Shown here one piece after another: positions 25,949-35,868 of a stretch of DNA of 64,000 nt. Position 1 is the stretch's first letter. Each line of letters begins with the position of its first letter. The stretch comes from Acidobacteriota bacterium (GTDB lineage Bacteria > Acidobacteriota > UBA6911 > RPQK01 > JADFOI01), in the NCBI GenBank assembly GCA_963663035.1, contig OY760074.1:1216001-1280000 (forward strand). The letters are read 5' to 3'. Made by a program: the position numbers and the translations under genes. The notes below the pieces were generated by a model. It saw nothing but the letters and a program-made list of their open reading frames with translations, was not told the DNA's origin and ran no database searches.

Positions 25949-25970
25949 ACCGCCACTCAAGCCGTCAGTT

Positions 25971-26607
25971 CTACGTCGGGTCCGAGTCGCTTGCGCGTCG
26001 AAACAGTAAAGCCGATCCGACAAGCAACATGACGAAGAACGCATTCAGAATGAACACACCGACCACACCTGCCGTACCCCAGGAGGTAACTTGGGGTTGC
26101 CATATAATCAGCGCGATCACGGGAACCAACATCTGAGCAAACGCCGTCGCAAACAATGCGCGCGCCATTCCATGTGGCTGGAAGCGCGCGATGAGGGCAC
26201 CGATGACTCCGACGGCGAGCACCCCGAAATACATCAAGTTGGCGGGGTTTCCCTCGTTTCCGATAATGCCAACGGCACCGTTCACCCAGACAAGGAGGAA
26301 CGCCGCCGCAAGCGCAACGCCGACGGCGACTCGGTACACGATTGCGCCCTCCTTCCTCGCTACCAGCTCATACGCGAGACCAGTGCCCAATAGGAGGACG
26401 CCGGCGACAGTGAAATCAGCCAGATCCCAGACCACTTCATCGGTGAACTGCATCGCTAACAAGGGCAGCAGCAATATGAACGCTGTCGCGAGCGCAATGC
26501 GGATAATGCTTTTGTTTTGCAGAATGATAACTGTCATGTTCTCTCTAATAATTCCTGCGGAAGTTTCGACGAACATCCAGAGAGCGAAGCCGAATAATCC
26601 TTTTTCT
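25971..26607 (-). CDS. Membrane protein, probably 5'-truncated by IS6
   Basis: Hydrophobic ORF (LLPLLAMQFTDEVVWDLADF...VWVNGAVGIIGNEGNPANLMY) stays open up to the IS6 end at 26608; alternative ATG at 26537. Confidence 0.7.
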
Positions 26608-27405
26608 GGTACTGTCAAGTTAACGGGACCAAGCCGATATCTTTCCCAAAACGACAGAAGTCCCGCAATCTCTCAACAGACGCACGTCACCTCTCTCCAA
26701 TCTGAAAAAGCTCGGTCCCGGAGGAGTCGATGGTGAACTGCTTTGAGGTAGTGCCGACCGACTCGAAACAAGTTCTGGATGGGACCGTGAACTGAGAGAA
26801 AACGCTGAGTCTGTGCCATTGATTTGAACCTTCGCATTTGCCGCTCTTGTTCACGAGTGTGCTGATGGGAGACTTCTGCCCGATTGTTTTCGTATTGTCC
26901 CGTTCGATGGACCACGGAAGGGAAGATGTCCCTATGTGCAGCCGGATAACTCCGAAGCTTGTCGGTGATCAATTGCCAGGGTACTTGTCCCTGATGTTTC
27001 AAGGCCCTGCGAAAGAAGCGTTTAGCGGCTCGACGATCTCTACGCTTGGTAACCAGAATCTCGATCACGTCTCCATCCTGATCGACGGCTCGCCATAGAT
27101 ATCGGCGTTGACCTTGGATGGTGATGAAGAGTTCATCGACGTGCCAGATATCGCCCAACTTGCCTTGTTTCCTTCTTAGTTTTCGGGCGTAGCTGGGTCC
27201 AAACTTCTGACACCAGTATCGGATCGCTTCGTAGGAGACAAGAATGCCTCGCTCCGCAAGCAAGTCTTCTACATCGCGAAAGCTCAGGGTGAAGCGATGG
27301 TATAGCCAGACAGTGTGACTGATGATTTCAGGTGGAAAGCGATGCCCTCGATAAAGTGATTTCATCCGTCAATTGTGCCTGACTCCGCCTTAACTTGACA
27401 AAGCC
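26608..27405 (-). mobile_element. IS6-family element, copy 1 (798 bp)
   Basis: IRs GGTACTGTCAAGTTA / TAACTTGACAAAGCC; contains the transposase at 26673-27365. Confidence 0.93.
26673..27365 (-). CDS. IS6-family transposase
   Basis: YRGHRFPPEII, WHVDELF, YLWRAVD, ITDKLRSY, NNRAE DDE motifs. Confidence 0.95.
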   Translation of the reverse strand: MKSLYRGHRFPPEIISHTVWLYHRFTLSFRDVEDLLAERGILVSYEAIRYWCQKFGPSYARKLRRKQGKLGDIWHVDELFITIQGQRRYLWRAVDQDGDVIEILVTKRRDRRAAKRFFRRALKHQGQVPWQLITDKLRSYPAAHRDIFPSVVHRTGQYENNRAEVSHQHTREQERQMRRFKSMAQTQRFLSVHGPIQNLFRVGRHYLKAVHHRLLRDRAFSDWREVTCVC

Positions 27406-27623
27406 CGATTCGTGTCTCAGTCTCGGGAAGCGGTGGAGCCTCGACGTCGACACGAAGGATTTCTTTGAACCAAAGGTCCTCGCTCACACACTGGTGGACC
27501 ATTTGTTCATGTACGCTCCGACCCCGAGCGTCCTCGGGGTGGGGACGGACAGGGAGTTCCTCCTCCTTGAACATACTCCATACGCTCTGTTTCGTACGTA
27601 TCGACGATAAATTGATAGGTCAT
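27406..27623 (-). pseudogene. DinB-like protein 5' fragment (frameshifted, truncated by IS6)
   Basis: GGAGG RBS, then MTYQFIVDTYETER; a shifted frame continues SVWSMFKEEELPVRPH...RSVHEQMVHQCVSEDLW until IS6. Confidence 0.65.
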
Positions 27624-27752
27624 AACTGCCTCCAAATCAACGATAACCAGCTCAAGCTCTTAGTCGTAACCTCCCCTCAGCCGCCTCTAGTGAGTTTCAG
27701 GGCGGTGTGGGTTATTCGGCTGATGGGACTAGGGTTGTCAAGAACTGACGCA

Positions 27753-29132
27753 GAGGTTCCGTCAATAAGTGTGTAAATAGACATCAGGCGGCTTTCTCCT
27801 GGGTGACTGGGTTGACTGGAACTCCATTGACATATTGGGCTCCTTGGTAGACATCCTTCATCAAGTGGGGAGCCTTCAAACGGCGAAATCTCTTCTCAGC
27901 GACCAGCAGCATCTTCCAGATGACAGCCCGTGCGTTGGCCACTTTCTTGAACCTTCGAGCAGCATCGGTTCGCAGTCGCAGAGCAGAGAAGGGAGACTCC
28001 ACTGGGTTGGTAGTCCGCAGATGTTGCCACTGCTGTTTGGGATAGTTGTAAAACGTCACCATCCGCTCCCAGTCCTGGTCGATCAGATCAGCCGCTGCCT
28101 CCAGGCCTCTCTTGCTACACCAATGTTGGAATCGTCCTTTGACTCGCTCGGCTTCCTGCCGTGTTTCTGCATAAGGGATCTGCCGCAACATCAACAAGGC
28201 CGCTTTGTGCCGACTCTTGGGGATCTTGGCCAGCAAGTTGACGATGCGATGATTCCAGCATCTCTGCTCGTCGGCTTCTGGGAACACGTTGCGCAACGCT
28301 CCCCAGATCCCCAGATGCCCGTCAGCGATCACCAGACGGGGTGGGTTCATCCCCCGCTCTTTGAGATCCCGCAGCACTTCGGACCAGCTCTGGGTCGATT
28401 CTCGATAACCACTACTGACGGACACCACCACTTTAGTGCCATCACTTAAAGCGGCGATCACTACCAGAATCACGGCCTTCTCCTTCTCCAGCCCTGCTTT
28501 GATGTACACGCCGTCCGCCCACAAATACACCACTTCCAGATCATCCAGCCGACGGCTCTGCCAGGCCTCCATTTCTCCCTGCCACTTCTGTTTCAACCGG
28601 GCTACGGTGCTGGGGGACAGCGGCGCTTCTTCCCCTAAAAGCCCTCTCAAGGCCAGATCGAAATCCCCCTCGGCCAGACCATGTAAATAGAGTTCTGGAA
28701 TCAAGTCTCGTACCTCTCGCGTTCGCTTGGCAAACAGCGGCAAGACCCGGCTCTCAAAACGCTCTTCCAGATCCCGCACTCGGGGACGCCGCAGCTTGAT
28801 CGTTCCGCAACTCATCGTCAGTCGCCGCTCCTTGCCGTAGCCGTTGCGATAGCCACCGGAGGCGTCCACTTCTCGGCGACGCTCATTCTTTCTTCGTCCC
28901 AGCAGCTGTGTCACTTCATCCTCCAGCAGTTCCTGTACGTAAAACTGGATCTGCTCTCGCACCCACTCTTCCAGCTGTTCAAAGCAGACTCTTGACTCCA
29001 CACTGTGATCAATGTTCTTCTTGCTCATGGCGGTGTGACTCCTTCCTTTCGGGCTCTTCCGCCCGGGTTTTTATTTTCACCCGGAAGGATAATCACCGCC
29101 TGTGCTATTTACACACCTTTTGAGGGTAGCTC
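27753..29132 (-). mobile_element. IS256-family element (1380 bp) with 9-bp target duplication
   Basis: Imperfect IRs GAGGTTCCGTCAATAAGTGTGTAAATAG vs GAGCTACCCTCAAAAGGTGTGTAAATAG; ACTGACGCA at 27744-27752 and 29133-29141. Confidence 0.93.
27784..29028 (-). CDS. IS256-family transposase
   Basis: YRNGY, YLWADG, IADGHLG, QRCWNH and LRTTNPVES motifs. Confidence 0.95.
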   Translation of the reverse strand: MSKKNIDHSVESRVCFEQLEEWVREQIQFYVQELLEDEVTQLLGRRKNERRREVDASGGYRNGYGKERRLTMSCGTIKLRRPRVRDLEERFESRVLPLFAKRTREVRDLIPELYLHGLAEGDFDLALRGLLGEEAPLSPSTVARLKQKWQGEMEAWQSRRLDDLEVVYLWADGVYIKAGLEKEKAVILVVIAALSDGTKVVVSVSSGYRESTQSWSEVLRDLKERGMNPPRLVIADGHLGIWGALRNVFPEADEQRCWNHRIVNLLAKIPKSRHKAALLMLRQIPYAETRQEAERVKGRFQHWCSKRGLEAAADLIDQDWERMVTFYNYPKQQWQHLRTTNPVESPFSALRLRTDAARRFKKVANARAVIWKMLLVAEKRFRRLKAPHLMKDVYQGAQYVNGVPVNPVTQEKAA

Positions 29133-30084
29133 ACTGACGCATCCGATTGGCAATCACGTCCCCGTCTTCTTCAAGAGCAAAATGCCCTGTATCGAGCAAG
29201 TGGAACTCGATATTGTTCAAATCCCGCTTATAGGGTTCGGCTCCCTCCGCCGGGAAGATAAAATCGTTCTTTCCCCACACGATCAACGTAGGAGGTTGAT
29301 ATTCGCGGAAATAGGCCTGCCATGCCGGGTAGAGAGGAACATTGGTCCGATAGTCATAAAACATGGCTAATTGAATGTCATTATTTTCAGGCCGACTCAA
29401 ATGCTGCAGATCAACATGCCAATTATCCGGACTGATCTTCTCAACATCCCGCACTCCATTCGTGTATTGCCATTTCAATCCGTCTAGAGAATGAAAGCCC
29501 TCCAAGGCTTTACCATTTTCGACGGTCTTGTCATTCCAGTACTTCTTGAGGGGATCCCAAAACTCTCTGAGGCCTTCTTCATAAGCATTGCCATTTTGCA
29601 CGATCAATGCCTCTACCCTTTCCGGGTATTTCGCTACGATTCTATATCCAATGGGGGCACCGTAATCCATGAGGTAGATGCTGAACCTTTCGACATTGAG
29701 CGCCTCAAGAAAGCCTTCAATGATATTAGCCATGTTATCGAACGTATAATCGAATTCAGCCATGGGAGGCTGTTCACTTCTTCCATAACCGGGATAGTCA
29801 GGCGCCAAAAGGTGGTACTTATCGGACAGATCCCGGATTAAATTGCGAAACATGTGGGATGACGTAGGGTATCCGTGGAGCAAGAGAATCGTGGGTGCGT
29901 TTGCGGGTCCGGCCTCGCGATAAAAGATGTCGAGTCCCTCCACTTCGATGGTTCTGTGAAAGGTCGGATTTGGGGTTGGCTGCTCAGCAACTGTTTCTGA
30001 GACTTGTGGCCCAGCGCATCCTGCCATGAAAGCGCCCGTGACAGCGACGCTCACAATAGCAGTGATTTTGATGGAACTTAACAT
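29131..30084 (-). CDS. Secreted/lipoprotein alpha/beta hydrolase (epoxide hydrolase / haloalkane dehalogenase-like), last 10 aa displaced by IS256
   Basis: [20 protein letters not shown], nucleophile [16 protein letters not shown]; lipobox-like AGC; AGGAGG RBS. Confidence 0.88.
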   Translation of the reverse strand: MLSSIKITAIVSVAVTGAFMAGCAGPQVSETVAEQPTPNPTFHRTIEVEGLDIFYREAGPANAPTILLLHGYPTSSHMFRNLIRDLSDKYHLLAPDYPGYGRSEQPPMAEFDYTFDNMANIIEGFLEALNVERFSIYLMDYGAPIGYRIVAKYPERVEALIVQNGNAYEEGLREFWDPLKKYWNDKTVENGKALEGFHSLDGLKWQYTNGVRDVEKISPDNWHVDLQHLSRPENNDIQLAMFYDYRTNVPLYPAWQAYFREYQPPTLIVWGKNDFIFPAEGAEPYKRDLNNIEFHLLDTGHFALEEDGDVIANRMRQ

Positions 30085-30335
30085 GGTTGGTCCTCCTTTT
30101 TAGTCGAAAAAGTAAGAGTGCCCTAAAGGCTTTGTGAATGACTCCTTTTCTGTACTGCGATGAGGTAATGCGTGAGGTAGGGGCAGTGATCGCGGCTGTA
30201 GATCAGCTGGTCAATCAGCCACTTCGCCTTCCTAAGCCATTCGTCGGTCCACCCGGCTCGCTCACCGTGACACAGCACTTCGTCTTCCCACATGATCAGT
30301 CCCTCGGGAAGTTCGCATCACTCTACCACATCGAC

Positions 30336-31133
30336 GGCTTTGTCAAGTTAAGGCAGAGTCAGGCACAATTGACGGATGAAATCACTTTATCGAGGGCATC
30401 GCTTTCCACCTGAAATCATCAGTCACACTGTCTGGCTATACCATCGCTTCACCCTGAGCTTTCGCGATGTAGAAGACTTGCTTGCGGAGCGAGGCATTCT
30501 TGTCTCCTACGAAGCGATCCGATACTGGTGTCAGAAGTTTGGACCCAGCTACGCCCGAAAACTAAGAAGGAAACAAGGCAAGTTGGGCGATATCTGGCAC
30601 GTCGATGAACTCTTCATCACCATCCAAGGTCAACGCCGATATCTATGGCGAGCCGTCGATCAGGATGGAGACGTGATCGAGATTCTGGTTACCAAGCGTA
30701 GAGATCGTCGAGCCGCTAAACGCTTCTTTCGCAGGGCCTTGAAACATCAGGGACAAGTACCCTGGCAATTGATCACCGACAAGCTTCGGAGTTATCCGGC
30801 TGCACATAGGGACATCTTCCCTTCCGTGGTCCATCGAACGGGACAATACGAAAACAATCGGGCAGAAGTCTCCCATCAGCACACTCGTGAACAAGAGCGG
30901 CAAATGCGAAGGTTCAAATCAATGGCACAGACTCAGCGTTTTCTCTCAGTTCACGGTCCCATCCAGAACTTGTTTCGAGTCGGTCGGCACTACCTCAAAG
31001 CAGTTCACCATCGACTCCTCCGGGACCGAGCTTTTTCAGATTGGAGAGAGGTGACGTGCGTCTGTTGAGAGATTGCGGGACTTCTGTCGTTTTGGGAAAG
31101 ATATCGGCTTGGTCCCGTTAACTTGACAGTACC
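30336..31133 (+). mobile_element. IS6-family element, copy 2 (798 bp), inverted relative to copy 1
   Basis: GGCTTTGTCAAGTTA...TAACTTGACAGTACC; encodes a protein identical to copy 1. Confidence 0.93.
30376..31068 (+). CDS. IS6-family transposase
   Basis: Identical 230-aa translation to 26673-27365. Confidence 0.95.
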   Translation: MKSLYRGHRFPPEIISHTVWLYHRFTLSFRDVEDLLAERGILVSYEAIRYWCQKFGPSYARKLRRKQGKLGDIWHVDELFITIQGQRRYLWRAVDQDGDVIEILVTKRRDRRAAKRFFRRALKHQGQVPWQLITDKLRSYPAAHRDIFPSVVHRTGQYENNRAEVSHQHTREQERQMRRFKSMAQTQRFLSVHGPIQNLFRVGRHYLKAVHHRLLRDRAFSDWREVTCVC

Positions 31134-31404
31134 CTTCGATGAGTTGGAGAACCAGGGCCTTGGTCTGGCCTGCGTCTTCAATCCCGTAAATCTGCCCAAT
31201 GTTGGGATGATCCAGGGAGGCCAGGACCTCCGCTTCCCGCTGAAACCAGCCCATCCTCTGAGAATCAGACGCAAACTGCTCGGGTAGGATCTTCAGCGCC
31301 ACGTCCCGGTTGAGCTTGGTATCGGTGGCACGGTAGACCTCACCCATACCGCCTTCACCGACTTTCTCAAGAACTTTGTAATGGCTGATGGTCTTGCCGA
31401 GCAC
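31134..31404 (-). pseudogene. Ser/Thr kinase 5' fragment truncated by IS6
   Basis: [37 protein letters not shown]...LVLQLIEG, near-identical to the kinase at 58091, including the upstream CAACTGCATTGCAGTGAGGGG. Confidence 0.9.
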
Positions 31405-31446
31405 AGCTTCCCCTCACTGCAATGCAGTTGTACCTAATACTAAGTC

Positions 31447-32511
31447 TTGAGGTGTCCTGAAAGCAATCAAAATTGCCCTCTATTTTGGTTGGAGTTATCA
31501 TTGACCTTGATGCCGGGCGCAACTCTATTTCTCATGGGATGTTCCCTCGGTGCTGTTGGTAGCCTCCTCTGGCTGCTTTGGCGCAGGGTAGGCTTGCTCG
31601 GTAAGACCACAACTGTGTTCTTGCTCCTCTGCTCGCCTATCTGCGCCCAGGGACAATCGATCACGGTGACATTGCTGGGGACGGGCTCGCCCGTGCCCAA
31701 CTTGGAACGTTTCGGACCCAGCATACTGGTTCAGGCGGGCTCCCAGGTCCTGTTGATCGACTGCGGACGGGGTGCTGTACAGCGGCTCTTCCAGCTGGGG
31801 ATGCTTAAAGAGGTGAACTCCCTGTTCCTGACGCACTTGCATGCCGATCACGCGGTAGGGATTCCGGATTTATGGCAGGCTGGTTGGCTCATCGGACGGC
31901 GCGATGTGCCCCTTCAGATCTGGGGCCCCAAGGGAACGGCCGATATGATCTCGCACCTCGAGAAAGCCTACCAGTTCGACATTGGCATCCGCTTGCAGTA
32001 CGCAAATACTCCGCCGCCCCGGGGGGTGCTTACGGACACCGAGGAGATTACCCAGGGCGTGGTGTACCATCAGCAGGGAGTAAAGGTCACCGCCTTCGAC
32101 GTAGATCACGGTCAGATCAAGCCGGCCTTTGGATACCGCATCGACTACGGCGATCGCTCGGTGGTCCTCTCGGGCGACACTCGTTACTCGGAAAACCTAA
32201 TCCGGTTCTCGAAAGGCGCTGATCTACTCGTTCACGAGGTGGTGGCAGCGGCGGAGTTCAAGGTGCTTCCTGGTTACCCTCCCGCCAGAATCAGGGAGAT
32301 CCAAAGTCACCACACCACTCCGGAGCAGGCCGGGGAGGTGTTCAGTCGGGTCCGGCCGAGACTTGCCGTCTACTCCCACATCGTCCCCACCACGGCTTCC
32401 GCTTCCGGCCTGATCGCCTCAACCAGGAAAACCTATGCGGGCCCCTTGGAAGTTGGAGAAGATCTCATGATCATCGAAGTGGGCGAACAGATTCTCGTGA
32501 AGCGCCATTGA
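31447..32511 (+). CDS. MBL-fold metallo-hydrolase, RNase Z/AtsA-ElaC-like, probably secreted (start uncertain)
   Basis: TLLGTGSP, IDCGRG, THLHADH, SGDTR, LVHE and HHTT motifs. Confidence 0.88.
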   Translation: MRCPESNQNCPLFWLELSLTLMPGATLFLMGCSLGAVGSLLWLLWRRVGLLGKTTTVFLLLCSPICAQGQSITVTLLGTGSPVPNLERFGPSILVQAGSQVLLIDCGRGAVQRLFQLGMLKEVNSLFLTHLHADHAVGIPDLWQAGWLIGRRDVPLQIWGPKGTADMISHLEKAYQFDIGIRLQYANTPPPRGVLTDTEEITQGVVYHQQGVKVTAFDVDHGQIKPAFGYRIDYGDRSVVLSGDTRYSENLIRFSKGADLLVHEVVAAAEFKVLPGYPPARIREIQSHHTTPEQAGEVFSRVRPRLAVYSHIVPTTASASGLIASTRKTYAGPLEVGEDLMIIEVGEQILVKRH

Positions 32512-32528
32512 TAGGAGAAAAACTCCTG

Positions 32529-32614
32529 AGGAATCCCACCCTGGGGGTCATTCATGCACTGGCCAAGGTGTTGAGGGTCACGGCTTCTGATCTGCTGAAG
32601 AAGGGCGATTTGTG
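32529..32614 (+). pseudogene. XRE-family HTH C-terminal remnant
   Basis: Reads RNPTLGVIHALAKVLRVTASDLLKKGDL-stop with no start. Confidence 0.5.
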
Positions 32615-32845
32615 AACGATTCCCGGCTTTGACCCACCCAAAATGCTCCCTTTTGTGAGATGTAGATAGCCCCCAATGCCAAATCTTGAGGTGTCCTGAA
32701 AGCAATCAAAAATGGCCTCAAATGGGGTTTGAGTTGGCTGGAGTGAGTTGGAGTGAGTTTGCCGCGGGCACACTTTAGGCACAATTGGGCCATTTTGGGG
32801 TTGAGTCGGGGGGACTCAATTTGGCTGAAACCCGCGTCAGGAGCG

Positions 32846-32913
32846 TGCCCGGGGAGGGACTCGAACCCTCACGAGGGAAACCCTCACAGGATTTTAAGTC
32901 CTGTGCGTCTGCC
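32846..32913 (-). pseudogene. tRNA-Leu(UAA) 3' fragment, att-like site 1
   Basis: Reverse complement GGCAGACGCACAGGACTTAAAATCCTGTGAGGGTTTCCCTCGTGAGGGTTCGAGTCCCTCCCCGGGCA: anticodon arm TAA, long variable arm and T arm present; 5' acceptor strand absent. Confidence 0.85.
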
Positions 32914-33009
32914 TCGAACCCCAAAGCTCACCTGGCCGTAAAACGCCCAACCCACCCTCTGACCACCGCAAGGTAAGTCGGCTTAGATTTCCTCAGGCGT
33001 TTCGGGCGT

Positions 33010-33194
33010 TCGCAGGCCCATGGGCCACATTGTGAACCGGTATTATGCGGCTCAGCATAAGCGTTCCGCTTCACGCGGCATGTTCAGCGGAAGTCCTTGC
33101 CTATGAGGTAATTACGGAGGACCTTTCGCCGATTTCTGCTTGCCTCTTATTGGAGCAACTAGGATACTACTGATCAGTATACTCATCGCTACAC
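33010..33194 (+). other. Mini-integron leader copy A (degenerate intI tail and attI-like site)
   Basis: Aligns by eye with 35830-36023 and 45225-45416 (TATGCGGnTCAGyATAA...ATGTTCAGCGGAA...CCGATTTCTGCTTGC...GATCAGyATAyTCA); core degenerated to GCTACAC. Confidence 0.6.
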
Positions 33195-33221
33195 TGACGG
33201 ACAGGAAGGTGGACAGGCGTC

Positions 33222-33926
33222 TTGGTCATGAATAGTAGTAGTTATAAGTTTGGCGCCGTGAGCGGCGTGCTTGGTGCTGTACTTCTTTTTGCGGGAACCT
33301 CGCTACACCCAATGCAGGCAGATCCGAACGACCCTGTTGCTGCTTTCTCGGAGTACGCGGCCGATCGACATTGGGTTGCCAGTCATCTAACACAGCTCGC
33401 TGGAGTTACTCTCATTGTTGGCGCGCTCTTAGTGCTCGCCCGCGAGTTGGAGTCCGGTGGCCGAGCGGTTCTTCCCCGCATCGCCTCTGGGGGAGCGATC
33501 ACTAGCTTGGCGTTGACAGCTGTTCTTCAGGCAGTGGATGGCATCGCGCTTAAAGTGATAGTTGACGCATGGGCTGGGGTGGAGTCCCCCGAAAAGGCCG
33601 GTTTGTTCCATGCAGCATTCGGAGTCCGTCAGGTCGAAGTCGGGCTCGCCAGTGTCACGAGTATGTTCTTCGGCCTCACAGTTACGGTGTACGGAATTGC
33701 GTTATGGAACAGCAGGCACTATCCCCGATGGGTCGCAGTACTTGCCCTGCTGGGAGGTATCCCCACTTTGGTTGGGGGAGTTCTAATTGCGTACACTGGT
33801 TTTTCAAACTTAGCCATGACGGTCTATATGCCCGCCAGTTTACTTATCCTCGTTTGGGTTATTTTAGTGGGTGCTCTTATGTGGCGCCATGGCACAGCTG
33901 TCGGAGGTGGCCCAGAAACCTCTTGA
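33222..33926 (+). CDS. Multi-pass membrane protein, probable cassette ORF of module A
   Basis: Hydrophobic ORF (LHPMQADPND, LQAVDGIALK) directly after leader A; GTTAGGC at 33932 follows but no full attC stem. Confidence 0.75.
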   Translation: MVMNSSSYKFGAVSGVLGAVLLFAGTSLHPMQADPNDPVAAFSEYAADRHWVASHLTQLAGVTLIVGALLVLARELESGGRAVLPRIASGGAITSLALTAVLQAVDGIALKVIVDAWAGVESPEKAGLFHAAFGVRQVEVGLASVTSMFFGLTVTVYGIALWNSRHYPRWVAVLALLGGIPTLVGGVLIAYTGFSNLAMTVYMPASLLILVWVILVGALMWRHGTAVGGGPETS

Positions 33927-34001
33927 GCCAAGTTAGGCGCACAAGACGCAAGGTGGGGTGACAAGATGCCGAGATCCGTAGATACCATCCGCATATATCC
34001 C

Positions 34002-34033
34002 ACTTGGCCGATAAGCCGACTATACGTTCACTG
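34002..34033 (-). other. dif-like 13-6-13 recombination site (left boundary of module B)
   Basis: ACTTGGCCGATAA-GCCGAC-TATACGTTCACTG. Confidence 0.6.
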
Positions 34034-34127
34034 AAGCGGAAACTTAAGCACTCCGGTGTCTTTGGCGACTGGATTGCTAAGGATCTTTTGGAGGACGGCT
34101 ACAACATTCGCCCAGTGCGGAAGCTAG

Positions 34128-35766
34128 CCGCAATTATTCATAAGTTTGGGGTGAGTGTCGATTTTCTGCGGAAGTTCAGGGCTGAGAGTGTGTTCAGGTG
34201 CGATTACAAGGCGTCCAAGCTTGTTGAGCCGAATAGAGATGAAGCGAGAGCCCCTTCCGGAAACAGCTCGGCCCGCAGGGGGCTGTATATCTGTGTTGGC
34301 GCAGGGAGTCAGGGGACCGTCAGGTGGGACACAGACGGTGCATCAGTAATGCGAAGAGCTTTTGTTCGGGATAAGACGATGCCAGGTGCACCCAGATGCG
34401 ACGAGAAGTTTCCCGAACCCGGGCACCGATTTTGAACAGGCGGCGGCGGAGCGTCTCAATCTCCAGGTTGTGCCAGGGAGTCCCGCACAGGTAATCCCGC
34501 AGGCGCAGGATTAAGACATAGGCCAGGGCGTGGATGAAGAGTCGGAACTGGTTGGCCAGGAAACGGTGGCAGCTCAAGCGATCCATGGCCAGATCTTTTT
34601 TGAAAGCTTTCACGAAGTTCTCGCACTGGCCCCGTCCGATGTAGTGGTCATACAGCTGCCCGGCCGTGAGATCCTGGCGGTTGGTGACCACAAAGCGACG
34701 GTTGAACCCGCGCTCGCTCACTTCCACCTTGGCCACCATGCGCCGCTCCCGGTCCCAACTGTCGGCCTGATAGACGAGCTCGGTGAACTGGCGTTGCTTT
34801 TCTCCTGAGTCGTCATAGTCTGCTTGCACCTGCTCAACCAAGGGCTCGACGGTGGCCGCCAGCCGGGAGTTGCGGGCAAAGCCCACCACATACTGCAGTT
34901 TTTCCTCCTCACAGAACTCGTACAGTGCCGGCGTCGCAAAGCCACTGTCGGCTCGCACTTCGATCGGAACATCGGATCCCAGAACCTGGCGCATCCGGGC
35001 CACCACCCGTTTGAGAACCGCCACCGCGTGGGCGGCCGCCCCCTGGTTGCCGGGCCGCAGTAGCGCACATACCAGATCGCCCGTCTCGCCATCGAATAGC
35101 AGCAGCGGATGATACATGTGCTCGCGATAATAGCCGTGGTAAAAGCTGAACTCCTGCTGCCCATGCGTGACGTCATCCGTGCTGTCGATGTCCAGGATGA
35201 TCTTCTCGGGCCGGCTCTTCTTGCGGTGCTTCAAGTAGGTCTCCAGCAGCCACTGTCCCAGGCGAGTGAGATCCTTCGAGTCCACCGAGTTCTCCAGTCG
35301 CGACAGCGTGGGTTGAGAAGCCAGATCCGGATCGCTTTCCGGCAGCCGATCACACACGGTCTTGAAGATGGGATCCGAGCGCAAGCTGTCGGCATCGTTG
35401 CAGTCCTCATAGCCGGCCACGATCTGAAAGCTGCGCTGGGTGAGCAGTTCGCGAATCTGGTGGCGGACGTAGCGGCTATCTCGAGCGTCCTTCAGGCAGG
35501 AGGCAAAGCCAGCCGTCAGTCCGTGCTGTTGATCCAGGGCGTACAGACACAGCAGCCCGGCATCGGAGGAGAGCCGGCCTCCATCGAATCGAGCCACCAC
35601 TTTTCTGTCAGGGTGAGATGGCAAGTTGATCTGGCAGACTGATGCATCGCTGGGCCGTACCTTTTTGGTTTGGAGTTGTTTCATAACCCCTTTTATATCA
35701 AAGAGGTACGGCATCTTTTTGTGCCCTCGATCAGACCCCTTCTTCAGAATTTATGAATAATCCGGG
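34128..35766 (-). mobile_element. IS1380-family element (1639 bp) with CTAG duplication
   Basis: Ends CCGCAATTATTCATAA and TTATGAATAATCCGGG; CTAG at 34124-34127 and 35767-35770. Confidence 0.9.
34320..35714 (-). CDS. IS1380-family transposase
   Basis: FDGGRLSSDAG, GYEDCND, ASQPTLSRLEN, LDIDST, RADSGF and RGQCEN. Confidence 0.95.
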   Translation of the reverse strand: MPYLFDIKGVMKQLQTKKVRPSDASVCQINLPSHPDRKVVARFDGGRLSSDAGLLCLYALDQQHGLTAGFASCLKDARDSRYVRHQIRELLTQRSFQIVAGYEDCNDADSLRSDPIFKTVCDRLPESDPDLASQPTLSRLENSVDSKDLTRLGQWLLETYLKHRKKSRPEKIILDIDSTDDVTHGQQEFSFYHGYYREHMYHPLLLFDGETGDLVCALLRPGNQGAAAHAVAVLKRVVARMRQVLGSDVPIEVRADSGFATPALYEFCEEEKLQYVVGFARNSRLAATVEPLVEQVQADYDDSGEKQRQFTELVYQADSWDRERRMVAKVEVSERGFNRRFVVTNRQDLTAGQLYDHYIGRGQCENFVKAFKKDLAMDRLSCHRFLANQFRLFIHALAYVLILRLRDYLCGTPWHNLEIETLRRRLFKIGARVRETSRRIWVHLASSYPEQKLFALLMHRLCPT

Positions 35767-35868
35767 CTAGTGTTGACGGGGACGTGAAAACAATAATGGT
35801 CTACACCCGCGTCTTGAACCAGGGGCCGAGGGGTGTGCTGAGCCCCATAGACAAAATGCCGGACGGTG

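Larger units (their letters stand above)
34072..35868 (+). pseudogene. Decayed integron-integrase (IntI-like) 3' end split by IS1380
   Basis: IAKDLLEDGYNIRPVRKL | IS1380 | DVKTIMVYTRVLNQGPRGVLSPIDKM matches the IntI box II/C-terminal consensus HLLExGYDIRTVQELLGHxDVxTTMIYTHVLNRGxxGVxSPLD. Confidence 0.8.

Noticed and set aside
30138-30335. Short ORFs between the hydrolase and IS6 copy 2
   Set aside because: No recognisable motif; probably a decayed fragment.
26600-31141. IS6 composite transposon inserted as one unit
   Set aside because: Outer flanks (CTTTTTCT and CTTCGATG) show no direct or inverted duplication.
32846-32913. Functional tRNA-Leu gene
   Set aside because: The 5' acceptor strand and most of the D arm are missing in both copies.
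32964-32995. Additional dif-like sites here and near 40940 and 44945
   Set aside because: Only partial arm or spacer similarity; too degenerate to call by eye.
33926-33940. Complete attC after the module A gene
   Set aside because: Only GTTAGGC is visible; no R'' box or stem.
34004-34435. 143-aa ORF as a real gene
   Set aside because: Chimera of a dif-like site, the intI remnant and the IS1380 end.
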